A stretch of 20,000 nucleotides of DNA from an uncultured virus (IMG/VR IMGVR_UViG_3300047499_000163) (IMGVR_UViG_3300047499_000163); one strand, 5' to 3'. Counted from the first letter of the stretch, positions 1 through 8,343 are shown. Numbers and translations: made by a program. Notes: a model not told the origin generated them from the letters alone.

Positions 1-37
1 CCTTCTCGAACTCCTCTTTGGTTGCAGCAACGCTCAC
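1..37 (-). CDS. 5' end of hypothetical protein (MSVAATKEEFEK...), runs off the window
   Basis: GTG at 37 overlaps TGA 34-36; AAGGAGG SD upstream. Confidence 0.6.
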   Translation of the reverse strand, partial: MSVAATKEEFEK

Positions 38-202
38 TCGCGACCTCCTTGGCTTGTGTACACGACCTCGTCCTTGACGAAGAAACCGGGGTCGTCCACG
101 AGCGCAATCACCCTCTCGGGGTGATTGGAATTCGGCCTCCTGCGCGGCTTCCGCGAGGAACTCGAATTGTTTGTCGGGGCTCTTCTCCAGCCGGAATCTC
201 AC
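34..202 (-). CDS. hypothetical protein, ~55 aa, apparent frameshift near 127
   Basis: GTGA overlap with the ligase stop; MRFRLEKSPDKQFEFLAEAAQEAEF, then shifted frame NHPERVIALVDDPGFFVKDEVVYTSQGGRE* ending in an overlap with the next start. Confidence 0.45.
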
Positions 203-1482
203 TCGTAGTCCCTCACGGCGATGAACGAGGCGCACTTGGGGCGCCCGTCCTTGGTCAGTTCCGTGTAGCTGTACGTGACCACGGACCCGATGGCCGGGGG
301 CTTTTCGCGCAGCTCCACCGTCTTGGCGTTGAGCTGGAAGGTCGTGCCGTTGGGCATCCGCATGTTGAGCGAGCCCACCAGGCCCTTGAACTGGCCCTTG
401 GTGCTCTTCTCGTAGCCGATGACCTCGGCCTCGGCGTCCTGGAACAGCTTGAGCTTGAGCAGGGTCGCCGATCGGCGCGCTTCGTAGAGGCTGCCGGGCT
501 TGCGGAGCATGAGCCCCTCGGCGCCCAGGGCCACCACCCGCTTGAGTTCGGCGATCAGGTCCTTGTGGGACTTCACTGGAGAGTGCGTGTGCACCTCCAT
601 GTATGGGATCTTGGAGCCGGCCTTGAGGGCGTGCAGGGCGGCCATGCGCGCCTCGAACACCCCGCCGTGCTTGGGCATGTCGAAGGTGACGTACTTGACC
701 TGCTTCCAGCGATCCCCTGAATCCATCGAGCGAACGATGGAGAGGGTCTCCTGGAACATCTGGCGGCCCATCCAAAGCTCGCCGTCGAGCGGGTGATCGG
801 GCAGACCCGCCTTGAACCAAGCGGGCGCGTAGAAGACGTTGCCCTGGCGGGAGATGAAGTCCTTGCCATTCCAGTAGCCACGCACGCCGTCGAGCTTCTC
901 GGAGCAGTGCCACCCCGTGGGATCCAGGTCGTCGAAGTCGTCGTACTTCTGCGCGAGCAGCAGCGGCGGGCCGTTGATCTTGGCCTTCTCGTCCTGACGC
1001 AGGCTCCTGCCCTCGGCAGCAGCGCGGTCGATGAGGCTCTGCTTGTAGGCGGCCTCGGGGTCCATGCCCATTGCCGGATGATTCTCGGCCGCGCGCTCGG
1101 TGTCCGTCTTCTGCGGGACACCCGAAACCTTCTTGCCGAACACCGCAGCCAGCACCTCGTCCGGAGACTCCTCGACAGACGAAGTGCCGGCGGCACCCAC
1201 CCCCACCGGAGCCAGACCTGGCACAGCGGGAGTGGGTGCCTTCGTCGCAACCGCAGCGGGCAAGGCCGCGGAAGCGCCGCCGACGTTTGAAGATGCACCG
1301 TAGGGAGGCTTTTGGCCCATCACCTGAACGGTGTGCTTGCAGAACTTGAGGTTGACCGCTGCTGCCTTGCAGTTCTTCCAGCTCGGGCAAGTGCAGACCA
1401 CCACACCGCCCTTCATGTAGATGCGGTACGGGCTGGCGCCGGAACCCTGGATGAAGGTCTCTTGTCCTTCGGTCAGCGGCAT
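199..1482 (-). CDS. lig: ATP-dependent DNA ligase (minimal adenylation + OB domains) with N-terminal SWIM zinc finger and Ala/Pro-rich linker
   Basis: Motif I SEKLDGVR, III LDGELW, IIIa TFDMP, IV EGLMLR, V LLKLK, OB-fold tail (PPAIGSVVTYSYTELTKDGRP); N-terminal CTC...CKH SWIM pattern; GAGAGGAG SD before ATG 1482. Confidence 0.95.
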   Translation of the reverse strand: MPLTEGQETFIQGSGASPYRIYMKGGVVVCTCPSWKNCKAAAVNLKFCKHTVQVMGQKPPYGASSNVGGASAALPAAVATKAPTPAVPGLAPVGVGAAGTSSVEESPDEVLAAVFGKKVSGVPQKTDTERAAENHPAMGMDPEAAYKQSLIDRAAAEGRSLRQDEKAKINGPPLLLAQKYDDFDDLDPTGWHCSEKLDGVRGYWNGKDFISRQGNVFYAPAWFKAGLPDHPLDGELWMGRQMFQETLSIVRSMDSGDRWKQVKYVTFDMPKHGGVFEARMAALHALKAGSKIPYMEVHTHSPVKSHKDLIAELKRVVALGAEGLMLRKPGSLYEARRSATLLKLKLFQDAEAEVIGYEKSTKGQFKGLVGSLNMRMPNGTTFQLNAKTVELREKPPAIGSVVTYSYTELTKDGRPKCASFIAVRDYE

Positions 1483-1504
1483 GCGTCGCTCCTCTCCCGA
1501 TCCG

Positions 1505-1529
1505 TACACGCGCGCGGGGCGGACCTGCG
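1505..1529 (-). promoter_or_regulatory. bipartite promoter-like motif CGCAGGT-N15-GTA
   Basis: Matches the repeated motif; AGAGG SD starts 12 nt from the G of GTA. Confidence 0.7.
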
Positions 1530-1536
1530 CTCCGCG

Positions 1537-1684
1537 TCAGCCATCCCCTGGGTCCCTTCCAGAAAATGGCGTAAGGCGCGGCATCGCGCCTGACAACCCA
1601 CTCGCTCGGAGCGTCGTCGAGCCTGGCCATGTGCCAATCGTGCATGAGAATGGCGGCCTCGCGGGCGCGTTGCAATAGGGTCAC
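1537..1684 (-). CDS. small hypothetical protein (MTLLQRAREAAILMHDWH...), 3' end uncertain
   Basis: GTGA overlap with the upstream VMES stop; protein-like frame; needs a frameshift to use TGA at 1537. Confidence 0.4.
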
Positions 1685-1922
1685 GACTCCATAACCTCTT
1701 CGACGAGGGCCTCGTTGATGGCGGCTTGCAGCCGCTCGACTGGCACCTTTTTGACCAGGAACCGGATCTCTCGACGGAAGAGTTCAAGCGCTCGGCCTCG
1801 GCCTCGTTGGCACCAGCCTGCACGTACTTCTCGATGATCTCCTTGCGAGACTCGATGTCTGCACGTGCGCTGCTCATGAACAGAGAGCGGTCTTTGTCGA
1901 GTATGCCGCGCTGTCTGCTCAT
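1681..1922 (-). CDS. helical hypothetical protein with C-terminal VMES tag; 1-bp deletion near 1790
   Basis: MSRQRGILDKD...GANEAEAE joined to ALELFRREIRFLVKKVPVERLQAAINEALVEEVMES*; 242 bp, one base short of 81 codons. Confidence 0.7.
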
Positions 1923-2122
1923 GATTCCATCACTTGCCGGGCGACAACCAGGTCGCAATCCTCGGTCCTGTGCGGTTGGTCCGCGTCGTCCGGGCACACC
2001 CCTCGCTCGAGATGGACGGTCTTGCCGCATCTGTCGCAGCCCCACACCGTCAGGTGGCTCAGCATTCCCCGGGGAGGAAATGGCCGAGGCGAATGGTTGA
2101 TGTGCCAGCGATGGGGTGTCAC
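1919..2122 (-). CDS. small Zn-ribbon protein, HxW/CxxC/C class, VMES tag
   Basis: HRW...WGCDRCG...DCDLVVARQVMES*. Confidence 0.85.
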   Translation of the reverse strand: MTPHRWHINHSPRPFPPRGMLSHLTVWGCDRCGKTVHLERGVCPDDADQPHRTEDCDLVVARQVMES

Positions 2123-2365
2123 TCAGTAGTTCTCGTCCAGATACTCATCCAACTCGGCGGGCATGTAGCCGGCCTTCTTGGCGGCGTCGCACACGGTCTG
2201 AGGGACGCCCTTGTTGACCAGATCGACGAACGATCTGGCGCCTGTGAGATCGCTTCGCGAGAAGGACACCCCGTCGAAGGTCCAGCCCTGCTCTTCGGGA
2301 CGACGACCTTTGTTCCAGGGACGGACCACCGGACGAATCTGAGGGACGGTGGTTGCTGCGCTCAT
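2123..2365 (-). CDS. hypothetical protein, probably leaderless
   Basis: MSAATTVPQ...DEYLDENY; ATG 12 nt from the promoter GTA, no SD. Confidence 0.75.
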   Translation of the reverse strand: MSAATTVPQIRPVVRPWNKGRRPEEQGWTFDGVSFSRSDLTGARSFVDLVNKGVPQTVCDAAKKAGYMPAELDEYLDENY

Positions 2366-2374
2366 GCAGCGGGC

Positions 2375-2399
2375 TACGCGGGCGGTCGGGCGATCCACG
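2375..2399 (-). promoter_or_regulatory. promoter-like motif CGTGGAT-N15-GTA
   Basis: Same spacing as the other copies; intergenic. Confidence 0.6.
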
Positions 2400-2486
2400 G
2401 ACGGCGGGCCGGGCGAGGCGGCGAGAGGCGCACGGAGCAGCCATGGAGCGCGGGCGCGACCGGGCCGGACGGGCGCACGGCGCCGA

Positions 2487-2732
2487 TCAGATTCCCTCCT
2501 CCTCGAGGAGTTCCTCCGGCGTCTTGCCGATCATGCCGTACTCCTTGATGATGATCCCGACGTGTGCCATCAGAGTGAGCTTGAGAGACGCCTTGTACTT
2601 GGGGTCGAATCTGCGCGACTGCAGCACCTTCAGCCGCGTCAGAGCCATATATGCCAGGGTTTTGTGTTCGGGGTCGGGGGAGTTCTTACAGACGTACTCC
2701 AAGAACCATCCGAGCTTGAACTTCTCGCTCAT
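2487..2732 (-). CDS. hypothetical protein
   Basis: MSEKFKLGWFLEYVCK...; ATGA overlap; GC3-biased codons. Confidence 0.8.
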   Translation of the reverse strand: MSEKFKLGWFLEYVCKNSPDPEHKTLAYMALTRLKVLQSRRFDPKYKASLKLTLMAHVGIIIKEYGMIGKTPEELLEEEGI

Positions 2733-3007
2733 CCCTTCACCGTGCTGTTGATGGCGAAGTCCTTGGCGATCGCCCAATCCTTCTCGGGTTTGGGGGCGTG
2801 CCGGAAGTCCAGCAGGCACTTGCCGTCTTCCAGAGGCTCGGGGCACGGGTAGCCTCGGGAGAAATCCAGAAGCTCCTTCATGGCCTGGTCCTTCGCCGCG
2901 TCCGCGGCACGGGCCATTGCCACGTATCCCAGCTCGTGCTGACGCACCTGCTGGCGCTCGTTGACGGACAGGCCGGCTTGCCAGGTGTTGTTCCAGCGGA
3001 AGTACAT
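2729..3007 (-). CDS. hypothetical protein
   Basis: AAGGAG SD; TGATG overlap. Confidence 0.8.
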   Translation of the reverse strand: MYFRWNNTWQAGLSVNERQQVRQHELGYVAMARAADAAKDQAMKELLDFSRGYPCPEPLEDGKCLLDFRHAPKPEKDWAIAKDFAINSTVKG

Positions 3008-3192
3008 CAGGACAGCTCCTTCGGGTCGGTTGCGGGCTCGCGGTCTTCGTCGACCATGAAGCTCATGCGGAAAGCGAAGAGTCGGGAATCATCCTTGGGC
3101 ATCAGGCGCACGGCCTCGTCGTAGGTGAAGCCGATGGCCTGCAGGTAGTTGAGGACAGTTCGCCGGTAGTCGGCCACCTGAGCGGGAGTCAT
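3007..3192 (-). CDS. hypothetical protein
   Basis: MTPAQVADYRRTVLNYLQAIG...; ATGA overlap. Confidence 0.8.
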   Translation of the reverse strand: MTPAQVADYRRTVLNYLQAIGFTYDEAVRLMPKDDSRLFAFRMSFMVDEDREPATDPKELS

Positions 3193-3608
3193 CGGGATAC
3201 CTCGACAGTCTGCCGCAGACCGAGCGTCTCTCCGGTTGCCGTGGCGAACAGCGACAGGATGTTCTCCTGACCCGGCGGAATGGTGATGAAGACAACACCA
3301 CCCTCCTCCCGCACGTATCTGGTCATCGCCTTGGAGATATCCGGCAGAAGCTGGAGATTGGCCTGGTGCACATCGTCGAGGATGATGCCGACGTTCTCGG
3401 GCAGCTTGTCGAGCAGCCCCATGTTGGTCTCGTCGAGAGTCCCGGCGTTGATGGTGACGGCCTCCCTGCCGAGACGCCGGATAGCCATGTCCGAGAGCCA
3501 CACCTTGCCGGAGCCATAGACGCCGACGACCACCACAGCAACGTGATGGCCCGCGGCCTCGACGAGTTTCGAGACCACCTCTTCATTCCTCTTCATCACG
3601 GCTTCCAT
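3189..3608 (-). CDS. small P-loop NTPase/AAA+-like domain protein with atypical Walker A
   Basis: VVVVGVYGSGKV (Walker A with Val at the T/S position), VTINAG, IILDD Walker B; AAGGAG SD before ATG 3608. Confidence 0.75.
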   Translation of the reverse strand: MEAVMKRNEEVVSKLVEAAGHHVAVVVVGVYGSGKVWLSDMAIRRLGREAVTINAGTLDETNMGLLDKLPENVGIILDDVHQANLQLLPDISKAMTRYVREEGGVVFITIPPGQENILSLFATATGETLGLRQTVEVSR

Positions 3609-3866
3609 GTTGCTCCTTCTCAGATTGGAGACAATTGCTTTGGCCTTGGTCCATCCGCACACGATCCTGATGCAGGATCGGTGCAGGCCCTCAGTGTAGA
3701 TGTGAAGCCCTCCGGAAGAGGACCACTGCGCGACGCGCTCCAGGCCATCCTCTTCCCACACAACCACGGCTCCATACGCGCCGAGCTGGACCCAATCCCC
3801 GGTGGGTTCTTGAGGCCGGAATTCCGGGCTCTGGAAGCAGGAGTGGCGGAGGTCCTTCGCGGTCAT
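3609..3866 (-). CDS. hypothetical protein (MTAKDLRHSCF...); in frame with the AAA-like gene, so either a fusion or a separate gene whose stop was lost
   Basis: ATGA overlap at 3863-3866; strong internal SD at the junction. Confidence 0.6.
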
Positions 3867-4075
3867 GCCCTCTTCTCGAGCAGGCTCACTTCGATTTCGG
3901 CGAGGGCCAGGAGCTTTGCCATCTCCTGCCATTTGCAGTCGAGCCGGCACACGGGCACGGTCTCTTTCTCGCCGGTGGAAGTCCCCTGCGTGATCGTCGT
4001 CTTCTCGCAGCAGTCCTCGGGCCAGACCTTCATCATCTGGCGACGGACTGCCTCGACGGCGGCCAGTGCACTCAC
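3863..4075 (-). CDS. hypothetical Cys-containing protein
   Basis: GTGA overlap; MSALAAVEAVRRQMMKVWPEDCC... Confidence 0.7.
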   Translation of the reverse strand: MSALAAVEAVRRQMMKVWPEDCCEKTTITQGTSTGEKETVPVCRLDCKWQEMAKLLALAEIEVSLLEKRA

Positions 4076-4437
4076 GCGCCGACTGCCTTGTAGTACCCCA
4101 CGGCGCGCACAGTGATCTTCTCGCCGCCGAAGTCCTCGATGAGGGGAGTGCAGCCGGCGTAGAACTCGACCGCCTTGGTGATGAGCTGCTTGAAGAGCTT
4201 GCGGTCCTCGCGCCCCTGCGGCGCCTTGATGCGCGCGTAGATGGGGTTCTTCCAGTTGGCCTTGTCGGCCACCAGGTCGAAGAACGGCTTGTACATCATC
4301 TGCTCGGGGAGCAGCTCGGGCGGGCGCGGCGCTTCGTCGAGGAGACCTGGCTCGGTCACGACTTCGAGGGTCTCGTGGAGATTCAGCTCCACGACGTCCG
4401 GTCCAGCGCTCCCATGCTTGCAGCTTCCGTTGCACAT
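4072..4437 (-). CDS. hypothetical phage-type protein
   Basis: GGAGG SD; NWKNPI...AVEFYAG...AVGYYKAVGA. Confidence 0.85.
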   Translation of the reverse strand: MCNGSCKHGSAGPDVVELNLHETLEVVTEPGLLDEAPRPPELLPEQMMYKPFFDLVADKANWKNPIYARIKAPQGREDRKLFKQLITKAVEFYAGCTPLIEDFGGEKITVRAVGYYKAVGA

Positions 4438-4458
4438 CGCTCCACCTCCACCGATCGA

Positions 4459-4483
4459 TACGCGCCGACCGGCGCAATCTGCG
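4459..4483 (-). promoter_or_regulatory. promoter-like motif CGCAGAT-N15-GTA
   Basis: Consensus copy; GGAGG at +12. Confidence 0.8.
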
Positions 4484-4511
4484 CCCTGCGTGGGAGGAGC
4501 GGCTGGACTAT

Positions 4512-4709
4512 TCAGTCCATATGGATTTTCATGACGAGGGCCACGTCGCAATCCTGGCCTGCAGCCACCACTTCATGGTCCTTGTGCGGGTCGAATCCCT
4601 TGTAGAGGGTGGTGCCCCAACCGCACCTGTGGCAACGCCACCTGACACTAGTGGGTCCGCCGAGAGCAGACCGCCACTCGGATTCTTGAACCCACTCGTG
4701 CGGCTTCAT
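4512..4709 (-). CDS. small Zn-ribbon protein, HxW/CxxC/C class, tag variant IHMD
   Basis: HEW...WRCHRCG...DCDVALVMKIHMD*. Confidence 0.85.
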   Translation of the reverse strand: MKPHEWVQESEWRSALGGPTSVRWRCHRCGWGTTLYKGFDPHKDHEVVAAGQDCDVALVMKIHMD

Positions 4710-4941
4710 CGCTTCCTGCTAGGGAGCCTCTTCCAGAATCCCACGGCAAACATGCCAATCGTGACCACAGCTACGATCTGCAGGGGCATGGTCGTGTCGC
4801 TGTCGATCCACGCTTCGCGGATCTTCTGGATAGACCCCTCTTTCCCGTTCATGTCGAACCAGATCATCCAGAACACTGGTCGAAGAAGACCCCGAGCAAC
4901 AGGCCGAGCGCGTAGACGGCCCGTGGCGACGGGACCTTCAC
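4706..4941 (-). CDS. small two-TM membrane protein; 1-bp deletion near 4880
   Basis: MKVPSPRAVYALGLLLGVFF joined to PVFWMIWFDM...PLQIVAVVTIGMFAVGFWKRLPSRKR*; overlaps at both ends; 236 bp, one base short. Confidence 0.65.
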
Positions 4942-5180
4942 CACGTTTTTGCGCGGAGACTCCAGCCCTTCTTCTTGAGCCATGCCTGCAGTTCCTCCCA
5001 GCTTGCGGATGTACCCCGGTCCGGCGCGTTTGCCGTCTCCCGGAAGTACATGTCGTACACCTTGTCGAAGCGCAGACCTCCCACGGGAGGCTGCGGCTCT
5101 CCGCGCAGATCGAGGGTGCCGTCCTCGAATCGGCGCTCGATGATGACCATCTGGTCGCCGCGGAACGGCTGCATGCTCAT
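4938..5180 (-). CDS. hypothetical protein
   Basis: MSMQPFRGDQMVIIERR...; TGATG overlap; GGAGG SD. Confidence 0.75.
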   Translation of the reverse strand: MSMQPFRGDQMVIIERRFEDGTLDLRGEPQPPVGGLRFDKVYDMYFRETANAPDRGTSASWEELQAWLKKKGWSLRAKTW

Positions 5181-5692
5181 CAGAACGGAACCTCCAGAGT
5201 GACGGCATACGCCGCGAATGCCGCGGGGCTGTCGTCGCGCATGTCGGGGTCGCTCATGAACGCGGCCTCCTCCTGCTCGCGCTCGCGCTGGGCGAAGGCA
5301 GCCTTGTCGCGGAGATCCTGCTCGCGCTGGCGCTTGTCGGCCTGCTCCTGCAACCACTCCTTGGCGCGCTGCACGGCCTCCGTCAGGCGGATGTTGAGCC
5401 GGTCGAGAACGGACTGCACCGAGTGCACCCGCATCACGGGCTGGAACTTGCCCACGCCGAAGGAGCGCGAGCCGTTGTCCCACACGACACAGCAGCGAAT
5501 GGCGTCGCGACCCGCGGCGCGCACAGCGGTCGCGCCGTCGCGGATGCTCGTGTAGACCTTGATCATCAGGCTGGGATCCACTTGGGAGCGTTTGATGTAG
5601 ACCACCTCGTCGCGCTGCTTGGTGCGCGAATAGCCCTTCTTCTGCAGGAAGGCTTCGAGATCTTGAGCGGGAACCGCGATGAAGTTGGCCAT
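5180..5692 (-). CDS. hypothetical phage-type protein with C-terminal coiled coil
   Basis: 170 aa; GGAGG SD; KVYTSI...GRDAIR segment; charged helical tail. Confidence 0.85.
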   Translation of the reverse strand: MANFIAVPAQDLEAFLQKKGYSRTKQRDEVVYIKRSQVDPSLMIKVYTSIRDGATAVRAAGRDAIRCCVVWDNGSRSFGVGKFQPVMRVHSVQSVLDRLNIRLTEAVQRAKEWLQEQADKRQREQDLRDKAAFAQREREQEEAAFMSDPDMRDDSPAAFAAYAVTLEVPF

Positions 5693-5712
5693 AGGTTGCC
5701 TCCGCCCACCGA

Positions 5713-5737
5713 TACGGCGCGGACCGTGTGATCTCGC
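5713..5737 (-). promoter_or_regulatory. promoter-like motif GCGAGAT-N15-GTA
   Basis: Same spacing; GGAGG at +12. Confidence 0.7.
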
Positions 5738-5759
5738 TTTTTCGTTGTCCGATCATAGT

Positions 5760-5912
5760 ATGACAACGGTTTGCGAGAAGTGCAGTGCGATTGTGCGCCA
5801 TTCAATCCCTTTACAGCGGGAATTCTCCTGTGTTGAGCCATGTTGCGAGGACCCATGCCGTGAGACATCGGTCCGTTGCGGTCGATCCCGCGGCCGGTGT
5901 CGTGGTCCCTGA
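5760..5912 (+). CDS. possible small Cys-rich protein (MTTVCEKCS...)
   Basis: CxxC near the start; fills an intergenic gap; may continue by frameshift into LSHVARTH (C2H2-like). Confidence 0.35.
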   Translation: MTTVCEKCSAIVRHSIPLQREFSCVEPCCEDPCRETSVRCGRSRGRCRGP

Positions 5913-5980
5913 GGTAGACGTCTCCCTTGTGCTGGCGGGGTCTGAGAGAAACCCTTCTATGGGTGAAACGGAACTGCCTG

Positions 5981-6910
5981 CTAACCGCCTGAGGCGGGCC
6001 ACGGGTGATACGTTTCGCGCGCCTTCACTGAGGCGAATTCCAGCGGCTTTGAGGGTTCGAAGATGGCCGCTGTGAGGCGATAGCCGAAACAACAACCAGT
6101 GTCGACTCCGACGGTGAATGGACTCCCGTCTTGCAAGTCGATGCGCGGCACACCTCGCTGGGAGATGTGTCCGTGGATAACGCGCTGCGGCCCCTTCCAC
6201 GCCTGCTGCCAAGCAACGGTGTGGTCGGGCTGCTCGAACGTAGTCGTATATGCTTTGGGCCGGCGTTTCTGCTCGACGACGGGCGGAAGCCCTTTCGCAA
6301 TACGCTCCTTCTGCCGAGCCTCGCGCTTGGCGATGGCTTCCGGTGTCATCGCTCGTGCGGGGTCCGAATTGCCGTGAGGACGAACGGTCTCCATCGACTC
6401 GGGGATGGGGACCTTCTTCATTCCGACAAACTCGCCGGTCTTTTCGTCGACCCACCGGATGCGTGTCACGCGGTCGGATTTCTGCTCCGACAGGGGTTTG
6501 GGTTCAAACCCCGCGTGCACGCAGATCCAGTTGTCGCCAAGGTCGAGCCACAGCGGCAGGCTGTCCATCCAGGCCAGCTCCTCGTCAGAGAAGCTCATCC
6601 ACTGAGAGAGCGTTGGCTCTTCGGGTCTGCGCATTTCGTTGGCAGGGCCACCGGCCAGAGCACGCGCCTCTTTCTGGCGGAACTCGACGACCTTCTGCTC
6701 GTGGTTGCCCTTGGCAGACTCGGCCCCTCGCCGCATGAGGTCCATCACGTACTGGACAGTCTCCCTCGGATACGGGCCACGGTCGACAAAATCGCCCACG
6801 AACACCAGGCGATCCTTGCCAGGACGATACTCCACGAGCTGGACAAGCTCCATCAGCTCATCCAGACACGCGTGCACGTCGCCGATGACGATGGTACGGG
6901 GCATGGGCAT
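5981..6910 (-). CDS. calcineurin-like metallophosphoesterase (ApaH/PrpE/PPP phosphatase-like) with internal insertion
   Basis: GDVHAC, GDFVDRG, GNHE, VHAG, IHGH, VDTGCCFG..LTA motifs. Confidence 0.93.
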   Translation of the reverse strand: MPMPRTIVIGDVHACLDELMELVQLVEYRPGKDRLVFVGDFVDRGPYPRETVQYVMDLMRRGAESAKGNHEQKVVEFRQKEARALAGGPANEMRRPEEPTLSQWMSFSDEELAWMDSLPLWLDLGDNWICVHAGFEPKPLSEQKSDRVTRIRWVDEKTGEFVGMKKVPIPESMETVRPHGNSDPARAMTPEAIAKREARQKERIAKGLPPVVEQKRRPKAYTTTFEQPDHTVAWQQAWKGPQRVIHGHISQRGVPRIDLQDGSPFTVGVDTGCCFGYRLTAAIFEPSKPLEFASVKARETYHPWPASGG

Positions 6911-6917
6911 AACCCGA

Positions 6918-6942
6918 TACGTTACACCCCGCGCGATCTGCG
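6918..6942 (-). promoter_or_regulatory. promoter-like motif CGCAGAT-N15-GTA before a leaderless start
   Basis: Consensus copy; ATG at +10, no SD. Confidence 0.8.
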
Positions 6943-6954
6943 ATTGTGCCGGCG

Positions 6955-7164
6955 CTAGGATTCCATGATTTCGGCCACGATGGTCAGATCATTGAACTCG
7001 TCGCATGGCCACCGGCCAAATACTTCTTCGATCTGATACGGCACGGCCTTCTTCGTGGTCTTGTCACGTACGAAGCGCATACTGCACCGGCGGCAGACCA
7101 CCGTCTCCACATCGAGATACGTTTGCACCACCTCGAAGTCGTGACCTTTGTCGTCGAGGCTCAT
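6955..7164 (-). CDS. small Zn-ribbon protein, IMES tag
   Basis: HDF...VCRRCS...C...LTIVAEIMES*. Confidence 0.85.
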   Translation of the reverse strand: MSLDDKGHDFEVVQTYLDVETVVCRRCSMRFVRDKTTKKAVPYQIEEVFGRWPCDEFNDLTIVAEIMES

Positions 7165-7325
7165 GACTCCATCACCACGCGGACGATCTCGTCATGTAGA
7201 GCAGACTGGAGATGCTCCCCGAGCTTGACACAGTGCCGCTACACGCCGTAGCTCGAGCTGGATCTTGGGGTCTTCCCTGAACTTGCGAGCCCCGATACGG
7301 AGCTGGTGCAGTCGAGCTTGTGCAT
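7161..7325 (-). CDS. small helical protein with VMES tag; interrupted as sequenced
   Basis: Ends KLGEHLQSALHDEIVRVVMES*; in-frame TAG at 7239-7241, or two compensating indels giving RLHQLRIGARKFREDPKIQLELRRVAALC. Confidence 0.55.
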
Positions 7326-7347
7326 GTGCACCACTTCCGCCGATCGG

Positions 7348-7372
7348 TACGCGCGGATGGGCCGGGTCTGCG
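7348..7372 (-). promoter_or_regulatory. promoter-like motif CGCAGAC-N15-GTA
   Basis: Consensus copy; GGAAG at +12. Confidence 0.75.
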
Positions 7373-7379
7373 CTTGGCG

Positions 7380-7598
7380 TCAGGCTTCCATCACCTTGTA
7401 CACGATCATCTCTTCACAAGACAGATACGCCGTCTCGTTGGGTTCCTTCTTGACGTGCATCTTCTCGTCGGGAGCTGGCGCCGAATGCCTGTGGGTCTCG
7501 TAACCGCAGTTGCCGCAGACGAACACCTGGCGACTCTCGTTGCCGAAGTTGTCCTTCGAATAGGGGAACCGCCCCGTGGCCTGCCAGTCGTGGTTCAT
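7380..7598 (-). CDS. small Zn-ribbon protein, HxW/CxxC/C class, VMEA tag
   Basis: MNHDW...FVCGNCG...SCEEMIVYKVMEA*. Confidence 0.8.
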   Translation of the reverse strand: MNHDWQATGRFPYSKDNFGNESRQVFVCGNCGYETHRHSAPAPDEKMHVKKEPNETAYLSCEEMIVYKVMEA

Positions 7599-7862
7599 GA
7601 CTCGCGAAGCGTGCCTACTCCGTCCGAGAAGACCCATGATGCGTTCGACGACGAACTCGTCGACGCAATCCCCGAAGATCTTGCGCCAGTCATCCAGCGA
7701 GAAGCCGGACGTGTTCTTCTGATACATGAGCCGCTTGATATCCGATTTCACGGACACCAGGCGCCGCTCCTTGTCCTCGGCTTTGGCGAGAGTCTTCGGG
7801 TCAGGAACCTCGCTGGCGGGGACAACTGTCACGAGCTTGACGTGCCCTCGCAGATTACGCAC
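7599..7862 (-). CDS. helical protein with tag-like end (CVDEFVVERIMG); reads in frame into the next gene as sequenced
   Basis: GTG 7862, MRNLRGHVKLVTVV...; one extra G near 7634 would end it IMGSSRTE*. Confidence 0.6.
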
Positions 7863-7879
7863 GCGCGTTTCTCTGTGGC

Positions 7880-8128
7880 CTAGGTCCTCACCCACGGCAG
7901 CAGACTGGCCTGCATGACGGGACCGTGCAGTTGGCAGAACCCGAACACGTCGTGGTACCGGGCCTCGCGCAGACGGTACGGGAAAAGCTCCGAGTATTCG
8001 GCCCGCAAGAACACGTCGATGTTGCGCCCACACGGCTTCGTTGACGTCCACTTCACGAGCTTGCCCGTGATGGCATCTTTGGCCCCGTGGACCTCACCAT
8101 CAACGCGGTAGACGCACTTTGTGCTCAA
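7880..8128 (-). CDS. small Cys/His protein (C...C...CxxH)
   Basis: TTGA overlap; MSTKCVYR...PCGR...FCQLH. Confidence 0.7.
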   Translation of the reverse strand: MSTKCVYRVDGEVHGAKDAITGKLVKWTSTKPCGRNIDVFLRAEYSELFPYRLREARYHDVFGFCQLHGPVMQASLLPWVRT

Positions 8129-8343
8129 ATGCGACCCGCGAGGCGCTGCTCGCCTTCGCGCTCCATCTGGATCTCGGCCACGCGACTGTTCTCGCGGATG
8201 GTGCGTCTGTCGTCGTGTGGCGCGCACATCCAGGGGATGCCGTCATCGTCGAGACACGATTTCTCCTCGACCGTGAGGTACCCGACTGTCTGGCAGCCAG
8301 GATGGGTGCACTTGACGCGCTTCTTGCCTCGGTTGTGGGACAC
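8125..8343 (-). CDS. small Zn-finger-like protein
   Basis: GGAGG SD; CTHPGC...WMCAPH. Confidence 0.8.
   Translation of the reverse strand: MSHNRGKKRVKCTHPGCQTVGYLTVEEKSCLDDDGIPWMCAPHDDRRTIRENSRVAEIQMEREGEQRLAGRI

Noticed and set aside
106..126. Inverted repeat AATCACCC-N5-GGGTGATT
   Set aside because: Lies within a probable coding region, has no U-tract and occurs once.
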